From NCBI RefSeq assembly GCF_036321535.1, contig NC_087437.1:15068001-15132000 (forward strand): DNA of 64,000 nucleotides, read 5' to 3'. Every line of letters starts with the position of its first letter. The stretch's first letter is position 1. Both the position numbers and the translations under genes were made by a program. Shown here in pieces: positions 51,652 through 64,000 of the stretch. The DNA is from Camelus dromedarius. Taxonomy: Eukaryota. Below the pieces are notes generated by a model that saw nothing but the letters and a program-made list of their open reading frames with translations, was not told the origin of the DNA and did no database searches.

Positions 51652-52949
51652 ATCTCGCCCTTCAAACTCCATCAAGGTCATACCACCCCACAGCATGCAT
51701 TCACCATCTGCGTCTTTGCTTACGATCCTCACAGAAACATCTTCCCCTTCTTTATCTGGATAACTGCCTCACCCTTCAGTGGCCCCCTGACCCAGCATGG
51801 GGCCCAGGGATGCATCTAGTTCAAGGTAGCTTCTGAAAATTCGGGCACTTGTCACTGAACTCTGCGCAGAGGCATCTTGCCAGCTGGGCACATGGCTAGC
51901 ATTTGGGGCAGAAGCCAGCAGAGGAGTGAGGGCTGCCTGACAGCCCGGGGGAGAGACAGTGAGGGCCGGACCAAAGTCCAGGGCAGTGGCGAAGTGGGGA
52001 GGGACCAGTTCAGGGGCTCCTGCAGAGGCTGAGTTGACAAGTCTGTCCCTGATTCAAGGTGGAAGAAAAGGGGCGGAATTTCCAGCCTGAGGGCCAGGAA
52101 GGGGGCAAGGTCACGTGTGGAGACAGGGGGCCCAGGAGGAAGAGGGTATATGGAGAGGAGGGCAATGAGTTCCGTTTGGGAAAACCCGAGTGTCTGAACA
52201 TAAAGCTCAGAAAAGACCAGTCTCCCTCGAACCAAATTAGTAATGAATTAACAGGAGTGACTCATCTCTACCCAATTCTCTCGCAGTCTCATGAGAGGAA
52301 GGCGAGGAGAGTGGGAGAAAAAAAACTCTGTCTCAGATCTTTTCCTGAAAGATATGCCTTTGCTCTTTCCAGTAAATACAAAAATCCCTTCAGATACGAG
52401 GTGGAAGACTCCACCGAGAGCCAGCTGGCTCGCCCCTCGCTCCCCACCCACCGCCACAGAGCCAGCCACACCATCAGCTGTGGGGTCCCGTAGCCCTGTG
52501 AGGTCGGGATCCCTTATGGGTGCCCCCAAAGAAATGTTGGCAGATATCTGGGCCCCAGGTTCCAGTGGATTCAGCAGATGAAGAAGAATGAGATCTGTGG
52601 CTGCAGGGGAGGGAAAGGTGGGCAGGAGATGCCAGGAGAAGAGAAAGAAGTGGATGGAGGGTTCCAGCAGAGCTTTCTGGCCCGGGGCTGCTCAGGGTCA
52701 TATCATAGCCATCTGGTCCCCCCTACTGAGCTTATGAGGACAGGACCCAGGCTGCTCAAAGTTACTGGGGACTCACTCCATGGCCGGCATGACATGGAGC
52801 AGCAAACACTGCAGATACAAGGCAGGACAAACAGGAATCCATCCCTCTCAGAGAACATGAGGTTTATGAGTGTAAGCAGATGGACTGACAGGAGAAGGAA
52901 AGGTTTGCCAGTTGGGTTGCAACCCACCGCCACCATTATGTAGACAACA

Positions 52950-53190
52950 TAGTGTTACGGGATTTGATGGTTTGGGTTTGAGAATCAAACAAGCCGAGGT
53001 TCAAATCCTGAGTCTGTAAGGAATGGTGTGACCTTTGGTTCTGTATTTGACCCTCTGAAAGCAGTCTCCCCACCAGTAAAGGGGAGCCGTGATAATACCG
53101 CTGCCTTGGGAGGCTTGCACAAGAGAGAGGCTGTGTTTAAAGTGCCTGGCACTCTGCCTGGCCCACAGTGAGGGCTCTGCCTTCTAGAGG
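52950..53190 (+). mobile_element. MIR SINE
   Basis: gaggttcaaatcctg...tgtgacctttgg...taaagtgcctggcac. Confidence 0.7.
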
Positions 53191-53289
53191 GATATTTAAT
53201 AAGTCCAGGCTTTCTCCACTCCCTCCTCTTGCCCAAGTAATTGAACCTCTCTGTCGCTTTCAAGTCTCCTATGGCATGAAAACTCTAGG

Positions 53290-53556
53290 ACAGAATCTCC
53301 CAAGATGTGTTACGCAGAGCACCACTTGCTGGAGATGCTCCAAGCTGAAAGGATTCCCAGAAGAAAAAAGTCTGAAAAATTTTGCACGCTATGATCCTCC
53401 CTTGTGAATATTTACAACTCACATGAGCATATTAAAGGCTCTAAGAAAACCTTCGTTAAAGAGTGGCTTAACTCTGTTTTACCTAACCTTCTCCATTGCT
53501 TCTTTAGTCATGGAACCCCTCTTCCCCTCCATATACACTAAAAAAAAAAAAAAAAT

Positions 53557-53588
<32 letters not shown>

Positions 53589-53652
53589 GTATATGTATAT
53601 ATATAAAACAGATACCAGCATTCTGCAGAATATACTTTAGGGAAAGATTCCA
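53290..53652. mobile_element. hAT-Charlie element (MER103C-like) with an internal A/(CA)/(TA) microsatellite
   Basis: tcccaagatgtgtt...gcatattaaaggctct...tactttagggaaa; microsatellite at 53539-53605. Confidence 0.6.
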
Positions 53653-54009
53653 TTTTAAAAGTAGCTTATGGTAGAATATGAGTCTTGAGATTTCTTCACA
53701 AAAGGACAAGAAAATAAAGACATATTACATGGACTGTATGATCTTTTTAAAACTAGCACACCAGCATTTTCTACCTCCTCACTCTACTTTTTTTCCCTTT
53801 TTATAACACTTATTGCTTCCTAAAATTACATCATGCCTTTGACTTCTCACTTACGGATACCCACCTCCACCAAAATGCAGACTTCACCCAGGAAAGATGA
53901 AATGTGTTTTTTTTTTTTTTTTAGGATGCCACAGCCCTGTAGTCTGAAATAATGCCTAGTCCTTAATTAGTGCTCAACATTGTCAAGTACATGAATATGT
54001 CTTTCAATA

Positions 54010-54610
54010 TTCTAACTGATGAACCCTCATCCAGAATGTACATCCATCGGAGTAGCCATTCGGGAAGCTGCAGATTTGTTCCAATGATCTGTCCTCAATC
54101 ATTATAAATTCCCCCTTCAGCATTGCTTTTCATCAGTCTACGAGCCACAAAATCTATAAGGCACAAAACATCATTTGTCAGTTTAACTGCCCCACTTATT
54201 TACTTGGCTCAATTCTAAATCATTTTTGGCTATTTCTAAACTCAGACTAAAAAGTTAAAGATTTGCATTTGTGTATGAAAAGACTTCCTGGGGTGGTGGA
54301 AATATTTTATATTTTGATTATGGCAGTATTTACACAGATGTATACATCTGTCAAAACTCATCAATCATTTAAAATCTGTGCACTTTATTATATGTAAACT
54401 CTACCTCAATACTAACTGATTTAAGGAAAAATTAATTTAAAAAAGATTTGCAACCAGGAAGGTATTCAAAATAATGTTCTGAGGCCTTGAAGGGAATTCC
54501 ACAAATAGTTTTAAAAAAAGTATTATGAGCATTGGCAATGTCACTGAAATAGATCTGTTTTTCCAAGGGGCTCACTTTGAAACCGTCAAAACCCATGTAA
54601 ATATCCAAGT
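54010..54610 (+). mobile_element. MARNA-like (Mariner) DNA transposon relic
   Basis: tttggctatttctaaa...aagatttgcaacc...tgagcattggcaatgtcactgaaatag...ccaaggggctcactttgaa. Confidence 0.6.
54268..54441 (+). mobile_element. L1M 3' tip inserted in the mariner relic, with a perfect 11-bp TSD
   Basis: ctggggtggtggaaatattttatattttgatt...gtcaaaactcatcaa...tacctcaata; TSD aaagatttgca at 54257-67 and 54442-52. Confidence 0.85.
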
Positions 54611-57600
54611 GTGTATGTGTATGTGTGTGCTAATGTAAACATCTAGGTTTTCACCTGTGTGTGTTAAAAGGATACATGTCTTTAGGCACATCTTGCAGAA
54701 GGAAGCTGGCAGGGAAAGCTAATGTAAGGGGACGACATTCTTGCAGGGTGTGGTGGGCAGGAAGCTCTAAGACTTGTAACGTAACTGCTCATGCTCACGG
54801 CTCCATTCTTTTTCCAATCTTAACAAACATAAGGAGGAAGTTCAGGGAGGAAGGAAGCAGGAAAATTTGAGTGCTCCTGAAGATCTTTCTTCTAATAAAG
54901 AGGAGTCTTTTCACCACTGGTGCCAAAGAGCTAAAAAAAAGTCGAAAAGATGCTGAGATGCCAAGTGAAAAGCTGTAAGTGAGTAATCGGGCCAGAAGGT
55001 GATCAGTCAGGGCAAGGAGGGAAAGGCTCGCAGCTCAGATCAAAGTCAAGCCTAGCTGTGCTCTCCTATGCGCACATGGTCATGGCCCCCTTTTCCAAAC
55101 TAAACACTGGAACTATGATCTGTGGCATCTTATCAGAGTCAAAGGGACACTTGGAAAAAGTTCTGAAATTGCATCCCCATCAGGTTATGACCCGTTTAAC
55201 CACTGACCCTGCGGCCAACCAACTCTGATTTGGTCCAGACGCATCCTGATGAAGGCAAAACTCTAGAAACCTCACCTAATGCCTTAGGTCCACTGGGATG
55301 TGATGTCTCGGAGATAGTTTAATATACTGAGAGAGCCCTGGAGTGGGAAGAAGGCCCTTCAGGGACAGGAGATGGGGCTGGACTGGGACACAGGCTGTGA
55401 CCTCCCAGTTTGGAACAACTGCTTTGATCCATAAACAGCAGCTGTCAGCCGTCTAAATGGAACCATTCTTCGGAAAGAAGGAAAGAAGGAAGGGAAAAAA
55501 GAAGAGAGAGAGAAGAAAGAGAAAACAAGAACTCAGTGATGCTTTATTCTCGCCCTCTCCCCACCAGCAGAGCAGGGAGAGCTCAGCGGCGTGCTGAGGG
55601 CCACTCTGCAGTTCTTTCTGAGTCAGTGAGGAGACTCCGAGGTGCCGCTTGCTTTGGCTCCTCCCAACTCTGTGGGTCAAAATCTGGCCCCAGAGTCCAC
55701 ACTACTCCTCCTCTCTCCAGGCTGGAGTGGACTCCTCGCCCCCGACAGGGAGGAACAGCTCTGAGGCTCCTGCATCTCTTGGGCAGCAGCAGAACTGCCC
55801 AGCCATGCCAACGACCCAACTGGGAGTGAGCGGCACCTGGCATCCAGAAGCTCCCTTTACAGTCAGCGGGAAACCCTTCGACATAATCATTTATTTTTGT
55901 TCTTTCATATTTTTCCCTTTATTTTGGATCAATGTTTTACAGGCACATGTTTTAAAAATCAAGTTACATGGAAGGGCTTAGAATGACGAGGCCAACCCTG
56001 CGCTCAGCTCAAGCCACCGCCACGACAGAAGAGGAGTTAGCGCACTTATTTTTACACCTCCCACCCCTCTCCCTATTGCTCCCAACTTTCAATAGTTTTA
56101 TCAGGATTTGTACGCTTATTGGATCATTTCACTTTGTGGCAAGCGAGCTGGGGGCCAGGAGCGGGTTTCCCTCCTGGGCACTCACACCCGCACTAGCTGA
56201 AGGTCCCTCGGTTCCTGGAGAGAAGGTTGCTTGTAATTTTCTCGGAGTAAAGGGCCACTCTGTATTAACCCTTCGGGTTCAGCTCCACTGGTCACCTCTG
56301 CCTTCTGCCACACCTGCCCACTCTGAATTTGCTGCCCTCCAGGGCTGTGCCAAGTCCCAAGTCCAAGGGCTCCCCCACTGTCAGCCCCACGCAGGCAGGT
56401 ACTTAAGAGCCTGCCTCCTCTACTCTATTTCATCCCTCATCACTTCCCAACCACCTCCCATCTTGCTGAGATTATTGAAATGTTTCATCCACTCATAATC
56501 CCTCTCCCTTTCTTTTTTCTGTTATTGGCTTTCACCATTTTTGAATCCATTGCTTTCACCATCATGAGACGAGGGGAGATAAACATGAGGGGAACCTACC
56601 TGCCATCTTGAATTATGAACACACTACTTCCTGATGTGAGATCTAGCAGACAAATTAAAAATTCTGTCCCTACTTTTTCAATGGGAAAAAAAAGGAGTAT
56701 GTACTGTCAGGGAGCTAAGTAGTCAAACCAAAAAGTACACCCAGGTCCTTCTCTACAACCATCCCTCCCTCACCCCCCACGTTCATGCATCCTGGTACCT
56801 CATTTATTTAATCTTCCATAGTGGTTGCTGTGTCTCCAACAGGAGGCTCATAGCCCAAGAGAAGTACTGGCTTTGGGTGTCTGCCAATCTCCACTTAAAT
56901 CTTTCTATTTTTTTTTTTAGTGTCTCTACCCTCGTGGCCAATTCTGAGTCCTGGTTGGAAGTTTACCAAATGGGTAAGACCTGGGAGGTAAAGCTCAGGG
57001 CTCAAGGGGTCCTAATGCAATGAGGGCAAAGAAGGAAACTCAGAAAGGGTGACTTCTGGCTGTTTCCCAATGACCTCGGAGATGCAGCATCTGACAGGGG
57101 AGGAGGGTCTGTGGTTTGGCACCTCTGAGGCCCAAGTGAGAGGTCCCTCAGAGCTGGAGAGGTGAGGGGATCCTTCCAAAAGAAGAAGGAAGCAAAGCAA
57201 AGATGCGCCCTGGAATGGTCCTCCGTCAGCCAGTCAGCCTGCTTACTCTCCTGTATCTTCAGCAGGGTGTGATTTTGGAACCAAACCATGGCCCAGTGGC
57301 CCCAAAGGGGAATGTCTCTTTTGAGAAGTGATTCAGGAAATCAAGCGTGTTCCCATGCAGGAAGAATGTCTGAACAAGATAAAGTTCAGAGAGTCAGAAC
57401 AGCCAGTCGAGGGTCCGCGTTGGTGGCAGTCACAGCAGTGGTAACAGAAGGCAGCTTCGGTATTACTCGTATTCCTATGATCTAGAAACAGCCTTTGGAA
57501 AGACACAGCCCTGGGGCCCTTAGAAGTATAAAAATCAGAACACCGTAAAAAGAAAAACAGGTTTCCCTCGCAGCTTCCTTGTTCCTTAAGAGGGAAGCGC

Positions 57601-59219
57601 CCAGACTGGGGAGTTGGAACTAAAATCGCGCCTGTGCGGGAAGCCCTCTGGGCCAGACCCCTGACAGTTTCTCTGCTCAGTGCAATTTTTCTCCCCAGCA
57701 CCCCCTTGCCAGCCTCTGCTGTCCACACAGTGGCCTTACTGTCTGGCAGGGTTCTTCCAATACAACCGAGAAAGGCCATGTCCATGGGAGCTGCTCCAGG
57801 GAGGACTGGAGCCTCAGTGGAGCCCAGGAGCCACTGGGAACCACAACAAGCCCAGAGGAGCCGTGCCCCAACGTGGACTCCGCCTGGGGATGGGGCGGGG
57901 CTGGTCAAAGCACCTCTCAGAGCCGGGTCTCAAAGGTCAGATCAGGAGCTTTCGGCCATTTTTAGTGAAGTCCACATGGCTTAGATAAAATCTCACCCAA
58001 AGGCCTCTATGTAAGAGATAATGGAATTGGACACTGGAAGTCCCAGTCTGCATAATTGTGTAGTTCTTGTGGTTATCATGAGCTAGGAAAGGCCTTTGAT
58101 AAAACAGAGTCCCCAGGGCCCTTGGAAGTATAAAGATCAGAACTATCTGTAAAGAAACACGTGGGTTTCCATGGCAGCATCCCTGCTGGAAGGGACACTG
58201 GCACGGAGAGGGGAGGCAGACAAGCTTCCCCACTCTTAATACTGGTAATCCTCAAACATTTTTGGCCTTCGGCTGTGGTGGTTTTGTTTTCTTTTTAGCC
58301 TGGTGGTGCTAGTCTGGAGTTTCGCCCCAAGGATGAGAAAGGCAGGTGGTTGGATTGACCAGGGACGTTTGTGAGGGAAGATAAAAGAGCAAAGGTCAAG
58401 AGACTGCCCGAGGTACAGGACCTGTGGTTGGGGCTTTAGAAATCACAGATTACCAAAAAAAAAAAAAAAAAAAAAAAAAATTCTGGAAGAGATGAAACAT
58501 GATCACATGAGACCAGATGAATTTATCAGATTAGCTAGAAGCGTGGTGCTTGAGCGTTCCCAGAAAAACAAAAACTCTGAAACAAACTTATCATTGACAT
58601 TTATGCAAAGATGTGTCCAAATTCTTCAGAGACTCCCAAAGTCACTTTTTTTTCAAGTCAAAAAGCTTTCCTTCATGGAAAACAAGTGCCACTCGTCTTT
58701 TTTGGCAGTTGCCATGAGAGAAATTTGTTAGGTGCAACAAGGTGCCATTAGGGAAACTGCTTTGAATCCATTTGTGGCAGGAAATGAACATTGAGACTGT
58801 ATTAATATGGGGACTTCACCTATTTTATGCGCTTCCTATTCTCTGCACAACAAGATGGGAGGCTAATATTTTCCCCTCACCTCCCTGAAGGGTTTGCAGT
58901 TAAGCCCTTCCCTTCCTGACCTCAAGGAAGGGGAAGTTAGTGTTTCAGATAGAAAGTGGGGTGTGGGGTGTGGTATCAGAAGAGCACAGGACCCTGGGAG
59001 CTGATCCCAGGAAGCTGGCCAGGAAGGGGGGACCCCACTGCCTTCGTGGCTGGCTTAAGGCCACAGGGAAGCACCAAGGAGTTATCCATTTTCTTCATAT
59101 TGTCTGGATTCTTTGTTTACTTACTAATTTCTGTCTCCCCATTGGTCGGTCACCCTGTCTACATCTGGCCAACTCTCGGGCATGTAACAAATGTCCAGTG
59201 AATGCCTGCTGCATAAAGT

Positions 59220-59370
59220 GAATCCTCATACCGCCCTGAGAGGCGGCATGATTCCGCTGGTTTATGGATGAGGAAACTGAGGTTCAGGGAAGCTTAAAAA
59301 ATTGTCTCATCACACAGTTTGTAAATGGTAGCAGCCGTTGGATACCAAGTCACACCCTCTTTCTGCTCCA
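59220..59370 (-). mobile_element. MIR SINE
   Basis: tttatggatgaggaaactgaggttcag. Confidence 0.75.
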
Positions 59371-59419
59371 CCCAGTGGCCCAATCGTAAGAGTTTGGGGG
59401 AAGGAGGCTTCACTAAACC

Positions 59420-60750
59420 TGCTTTCACCAAGATTGCCAGGTACCTAATTGCCAAATCCAGCAGACTCCCCAACGGCTTTACCTAAGTTCTGCAGCGTCT
59501 GACATTCTCGTTTCCCCTGCATCTGTGATGTCATTGGCATGCCTGAATCTTGCTGTCTCTCTAAGTGGTCTTCCTTAGAAACCCTTGGGGAGCTCTTTTC
59601 TGCCTCCCCACCCCATGTGCATGGTGCCCAGATTCTGTCCTCAGCCCTTTGGCCCATCTCTCTCTGCACACGCTAGCCCTAGGCAATTGCTCACCCACCC
59701 AAAATGTCATCCTCGGCGGAATTCCAGAGCCTCCAGTCCACAGCTGGGGTACAGACCTCCCTCCTCAACGCCCTGCTTCCCACACATTTCAACTTTGACT
59801 TCAGACCAGTAACTGAAATACATGCCCCAAACCATATTGTCATTCCGCACTGCCTCCTCTGGCTTCAAGTGCTCACCCTGGTGCTTCAACCTCCAAGCCA
59901 AGGCTCGACCCCGTGCCATGTCTCTACCTCTACTGCCACCCTCCTTCCGCGCCACCTTCAGATGCCACCCAGGCCACTGCCACAAGTTCCCACCCTTTTC
60001 CAAACCCACTCCTTCCTCCTTCTAATCTAGTCTTTAACCAGCAGCCAGAGAAATCTTTTAAGAAACTTTCTATGTATAGCACTCATCAAAAAAGGCACAC
60101 GTCTTAAGGGTACAGCTTGATAAATTTCACACACGGAGGACACGTGAAGGACCAGGACCCAGATGGAGAAACAGAACACTTCCAGCTTCCCAGAAGCCAC
60201 TGAGCGCCCCTCTCAGTCACCACCCATCGCCAAGGTAACGACTCCCCCCACACCTAGCAGCGTGGGTCAGTTTGCCTGATTCGTACTTTACAGAAATTCC
60301 ATCATATCGTAGGTCAGCATTGAGCTTCTGAAAATGGAGATCAGAGCCTGTCATGACCCTGTTGAAAAACCCTCCAATGCATTCCCATCAGCTCTGATTA
60401 AAATCAGAAAGCAGCCCAGCCTACAGGGCCCTCCCTGCTCCATCTCCCACCCACCGCTGATCTCGCCAAGTTTCCCACCGCAATGGCCTCTCCTCGGGTG
60501 CATTCCTGGAAAATCCTTGGCCCCTGTGAGATGATGTGCTGCCCCAGAGTCTTTGGGGGTGGGGGCCATTCTCTCTACCGGGGGGGGGGGCTCTCCATTC
60601 CCACCCCCTCCATTGGCTGGCTTCTATTCACCTGTCTGTATGGTGGCAAAGAATGTCCCTCCCATTACACATTCTGCATTGTTCCTTCGTGGCACTGAGC
60701 CCAGGCTGCAATTACAAGCACCTCAAGTGTTCGGGGCCCCGCGGCAGCCC
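59420..60750 (+). mobile_element. L2 fragments interrupted by an antisense L1M fragment (about 60055-60330)
   Basis: L2-like pyrimidine-rich blocks on both sides; the insert reads cttaagggtacagcttgataaatttcac...gaacacttccagcttcccagaag...tttgcctg. Confidence 0.6.
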
Positions 60751-62419
60751 TGGCACCCAGCACTTAGCTGCCGCTAGCCAGCGGGGCAGAGTAGGGGAGT
60801 GACCACAGACATGCTGCTGCTACTTTATGAGGAGGAGGCAGTCCTTCGGCAGACATCTGATGATGTGCACATCGATGGGAAGGAATACATTTCAGTGACT
60901 GACACTGCCAGTTATGTAGGCACCCGTAAGCCGTTAAGTAAGCGGATATAAAATTATCAAAATGGACTGTAAATTCCTTGAAGAAACAGGTATTATTTTT
61001 CCTTCTATTGTACCCATTTATCCCCTAAGGAGATAAATCAGTTACTTAATAAGCCCTTGTAAATTCTTTCATTGTCATCAGAAAGACACTCAGGGCCAGC
61101 TGCACATCAGAGCTCCCAAACATCTCCACTTGGAGAAATAAAACCCTGGGCTTGTATTCGCCGCTTGGTCCTGCCAGGATTTTTTAGCAGACAAGAGACT
61201 GCAGACTCAGGCTGAGCAGTAAGGAGGTGGATGTCTGGGTGTTCTCCCAAGGCCGCCAGGTGAGGAGCCTGAGGTTCCATTGGGAGCAGTGAGTACCCTG
61301 GCGGGCTGAGGAAGGAGCCTTTGCCCAGGGATGCCCCTGCCTGGGTAGCCTGTGCCCACCCACCCCAGCCATCCCATCACCCCACAGAGGCTGCTGAGCT
61401 CCTGATGAACCACGGCATGACCAGCCCCATCAAAGCCACCATGGAGGTCTGAGAACCAAGCTTCCAGAACCCGTAACAGAGTTGAAGATAGCAGACGCTT
61501 GAGATAAGAGGCTGCCCCCCCCCACCACCACAAGAGGCCAAGACACGGACAGGCATGGACACCACGATGCTGGGCCTACTAATCATCACACTGTCCCCTC
61601 TCACTGCTCAGTGTCAGAGCTTTCCCTAAGGCTAAGGCATTCCGGAGTCACATACATGCAACAGACAGGCGTGCCCGGCCACCACCCCCACCACATGTAC
61701 TCACAGAGGCTGGGACTTCCTTGTCACAGGCTTGTCACTGGAGAGATGCTTTCCTGCATGGAAGGTTTCTCACACCCCATCCTGGTCACCCTGGCATTCC
61801 TCTGCCTGCTGGGGATCGATCCAACTGCTGTTCTCATAGGTGCCCACTTCCTTCTAAGACACCATCATTCCAAAGCCAACAGCAGCTTCCTTAAAACTCT
61901 GTCCCTTGGCAGCTAGGCTAAGATGTTCAGAGCAGATTGCCTCTACACAAGATAACTGTCACACTTTTGTGGTCACGCTCTCTGCTTTTCTTTTGGCAGG
62001 TGGAAGGACAGAGAGAGGGAAAAGGCTTTTTGTCCAACATTCAAGCCTCTCTATCCCATCAGATGCCTCAAGAGGATGAAATGTCCCTCCTAAGCACTGT
62101 GCTATGTCCCAACACTTGACCTCCTGGAGATGGCTGAAGGGACATGGAACCTGGTGCTCTTGGTTTCCCACTGACCAATGACAGTCCAAATACCAAGAAA
62201 ATGAACCCAAAGGACTACACCACCTGCAGATGCCCCAGGCAGGGAAACCGTAATATTTTTCGCCACCATGCCCCATGAGCCTCCACTTCACCTCCCCTGC
62301 AGCCCCCCAGCATCTCTGCTATGATCCTCACAACTGAGCTCACCCCTCCATCCACCTCCCTCTGTCTCTGTTAAAGATATTCTCTGCCGCCCATGCTGCC
62401 CCCAGCCTCCTTGCTGGGT

Positions 62420-62695
62420 GTTATGGGTTGAACTGTGTTCTGCAAAAAGATATGTCAGAGGCCTAACCCCTGGTACCTGTGAATGGGACGTTATTTAGGG
62501 TCTTTGCAGATCTAATCAAGTTATGAGGAGGTCAGACTGGAGTAGGGTGGGCCTTAATCTAATGACTGGTGTCCTTATGAGGAGAGCAACTTTGGATACA
62601 GAGACGCAGGACAATGGAGGCAGAGAACGGAGATATGTGGTTACAGGCCAAGGAACACTGAGGATTTCTGGCAATCACCAGAGGCACTGGGGCAT
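62420..62695 (+). mobile_element. MaLR LTR (MLT1B/C-like), 3'-truncated
   Basis: tgttatgggttgaactgtg...gggtctttgcagatctaatcaagtt...gactggtgtccttat...gccaaggaacac. Confidence 0.85.
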
Positions 62696-64000
62696 GCCCT
62701 GCGACTCCCTTGGTCCCCTTCCCTCATTCAGTGACAGAATCCTGTCCCTCTGGCCCAGATGTCCTTAGCTGACCCTGCTAGAAACCTGGGCCCCTTTTCC
62801 TGGGCCCCTCACACTTCCTCCTCCAGCTCTATCAGGAGTCTGTGCTCACCTGCTTTCCAGGTGACTGAGTGGCTTTATTTTTCAATTGTTCAAAATCTCT
62901 CCAAATTTACCCAGCTATTTTCTTAATTCCTCTATTACTCATTATTGTCCATTCTGGGCAAACACCCTGACAGCCAAGGCCTCCTGGGCAGGTGTCCATT
63001 CCCTGCCTCAGCCCCTCTCATCCTCGATTTGACCAGCTCTGGGCTCCACTCCCCTGCCCTGGGGCCCCCTTTTTCATTCCCAGGTTCTTCTGCCTTCCAG
63101 CCACACCTGGAGGGTCCTGACTGCTCACAGTCCATGAGTATTTCCCCCAAATGCACAGATCTCTCCTCTGTGTGAGCCAGAGTCCAGGATGCCCACATGG
63201 GATGGAGGGGCCTTCCTTCTCTCCACAAGTGGAAACTGCTCCCCCTCCTTTCTTTCCAAGCTGTCTTGGAATGCCCTGCCTTCCCGGCTGATGGCAAGTT
63301 CTCACAAGGACCAGAGAGTCACTCTGCAGGCGTTTCTCCCCAGGATGGAGAATGGCAACTCACCAGTTTTTCTAGAACTTATAAAAGGCAGAACTCCAGA
63401 CTGATTGGCTTTTCCAGACTCGCTCAAATCCTGAGCCTGCAGCACGCTGACCTGTAAGGGGCTCCTGACCTCGCACGGCTGGCCTGCTGGGGAGGCAGCA
63501 GCAGCCCCTTCACACTGAACTTCTGTCAACTCCTTGAACTTGGCCCTCTTCATCTGGGGTCCAACTCCTTGTGCGTGCTGCCCTCGGCCCTCTTCTTGTC
63601 CCCCTACCCGCCCTGTGCCTCCTTGCCAGCCTGACTCTGTCTCCCCTGTCAAGCTGTTTGAACATCACTTCCCCAGCAAGCATAGCCGGTCCCTTCTTTA
63701 GGCTGCTCCCCTGCTGACACATACTCCCACAGGAGCCTGTGGACCCTCCCTCTGACGCCATCACACTTGTGATTCCAGGGCAGTCATGGTTATACGGGGG
63801 ATCCCCTCCTCCCTGAAGACTCATCCTTCACTGGATGCCATGTCTCCCTGTGAAGACTGAAACAGGCCCCCCCCCACCCCTGGCAAAGGTGCAGACACAG
63901 TTCACAATTCCCTTGGCCTGCCAGCTCTGACAGGTCTATTGGGGGCTGGGGGCATGGTGGGCAGGGGGTACATCATTGCTAGTTTTGCCCAAAAGGAACA

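Noticed and set aside
58455..58480. A-tract as the tail of a processed pseudogene
   Set aside because: No upstream AATAAA, recognisable ORF or TSD; treated as a simple mononucleotide run.
60837..60909. Box C/D snoRNA-like pattern (tgatga...ctga with ggcag/ctgcc ends and the palindrome gatgtgcacatc)
   Set aside because: The C-to-D distance is only about 40 nt, the C box is imperfect, and it lies antisense to the host intron.

Overview
Mammalian genomic DNA, very likely camelid (inferred from the tRNA-Ala-derived SINEs and the L1 3'UTR type). The window holds most of the prostaglandin transporter gene SLCO2A1 (PGT/OATP2A1) on the minus strand. Thirteen coding exons (2-14) can be read directly, all with GT-AG boundaries and consistent phases. 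They total 1839 nt (612 codons plus TGA at 8018-8020). Exon 1 is not visible and must lie beyond position 64000. The 3'UTR runs from 8017 to roughly 6150-6200, and I found no canonical AATAAA on the sense strand. Downstream are a CpG island with a near-consensus CTCF site and a GC-rich segment whose three minus-strand frames each resemble parts of human C3orf36 as I remember it. The introns are full of L1, L2, MIR, MaLR/ERVL LTR and DNA-transposon relics, several nested with readable target-site duplications (TSDs). The best second-look items are the C3orf36-like proto-gene, a chimeric young/old L1 inside one TSD, a 56-bp direct repeat spaced 540 bp apart, a dense GATA cluster in intron 1, and a very weak exon 7 donor. 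I found no evidence of a wholly new multi-gene system. Repeat family names and boundaries come from pattern recognition and are approximate.
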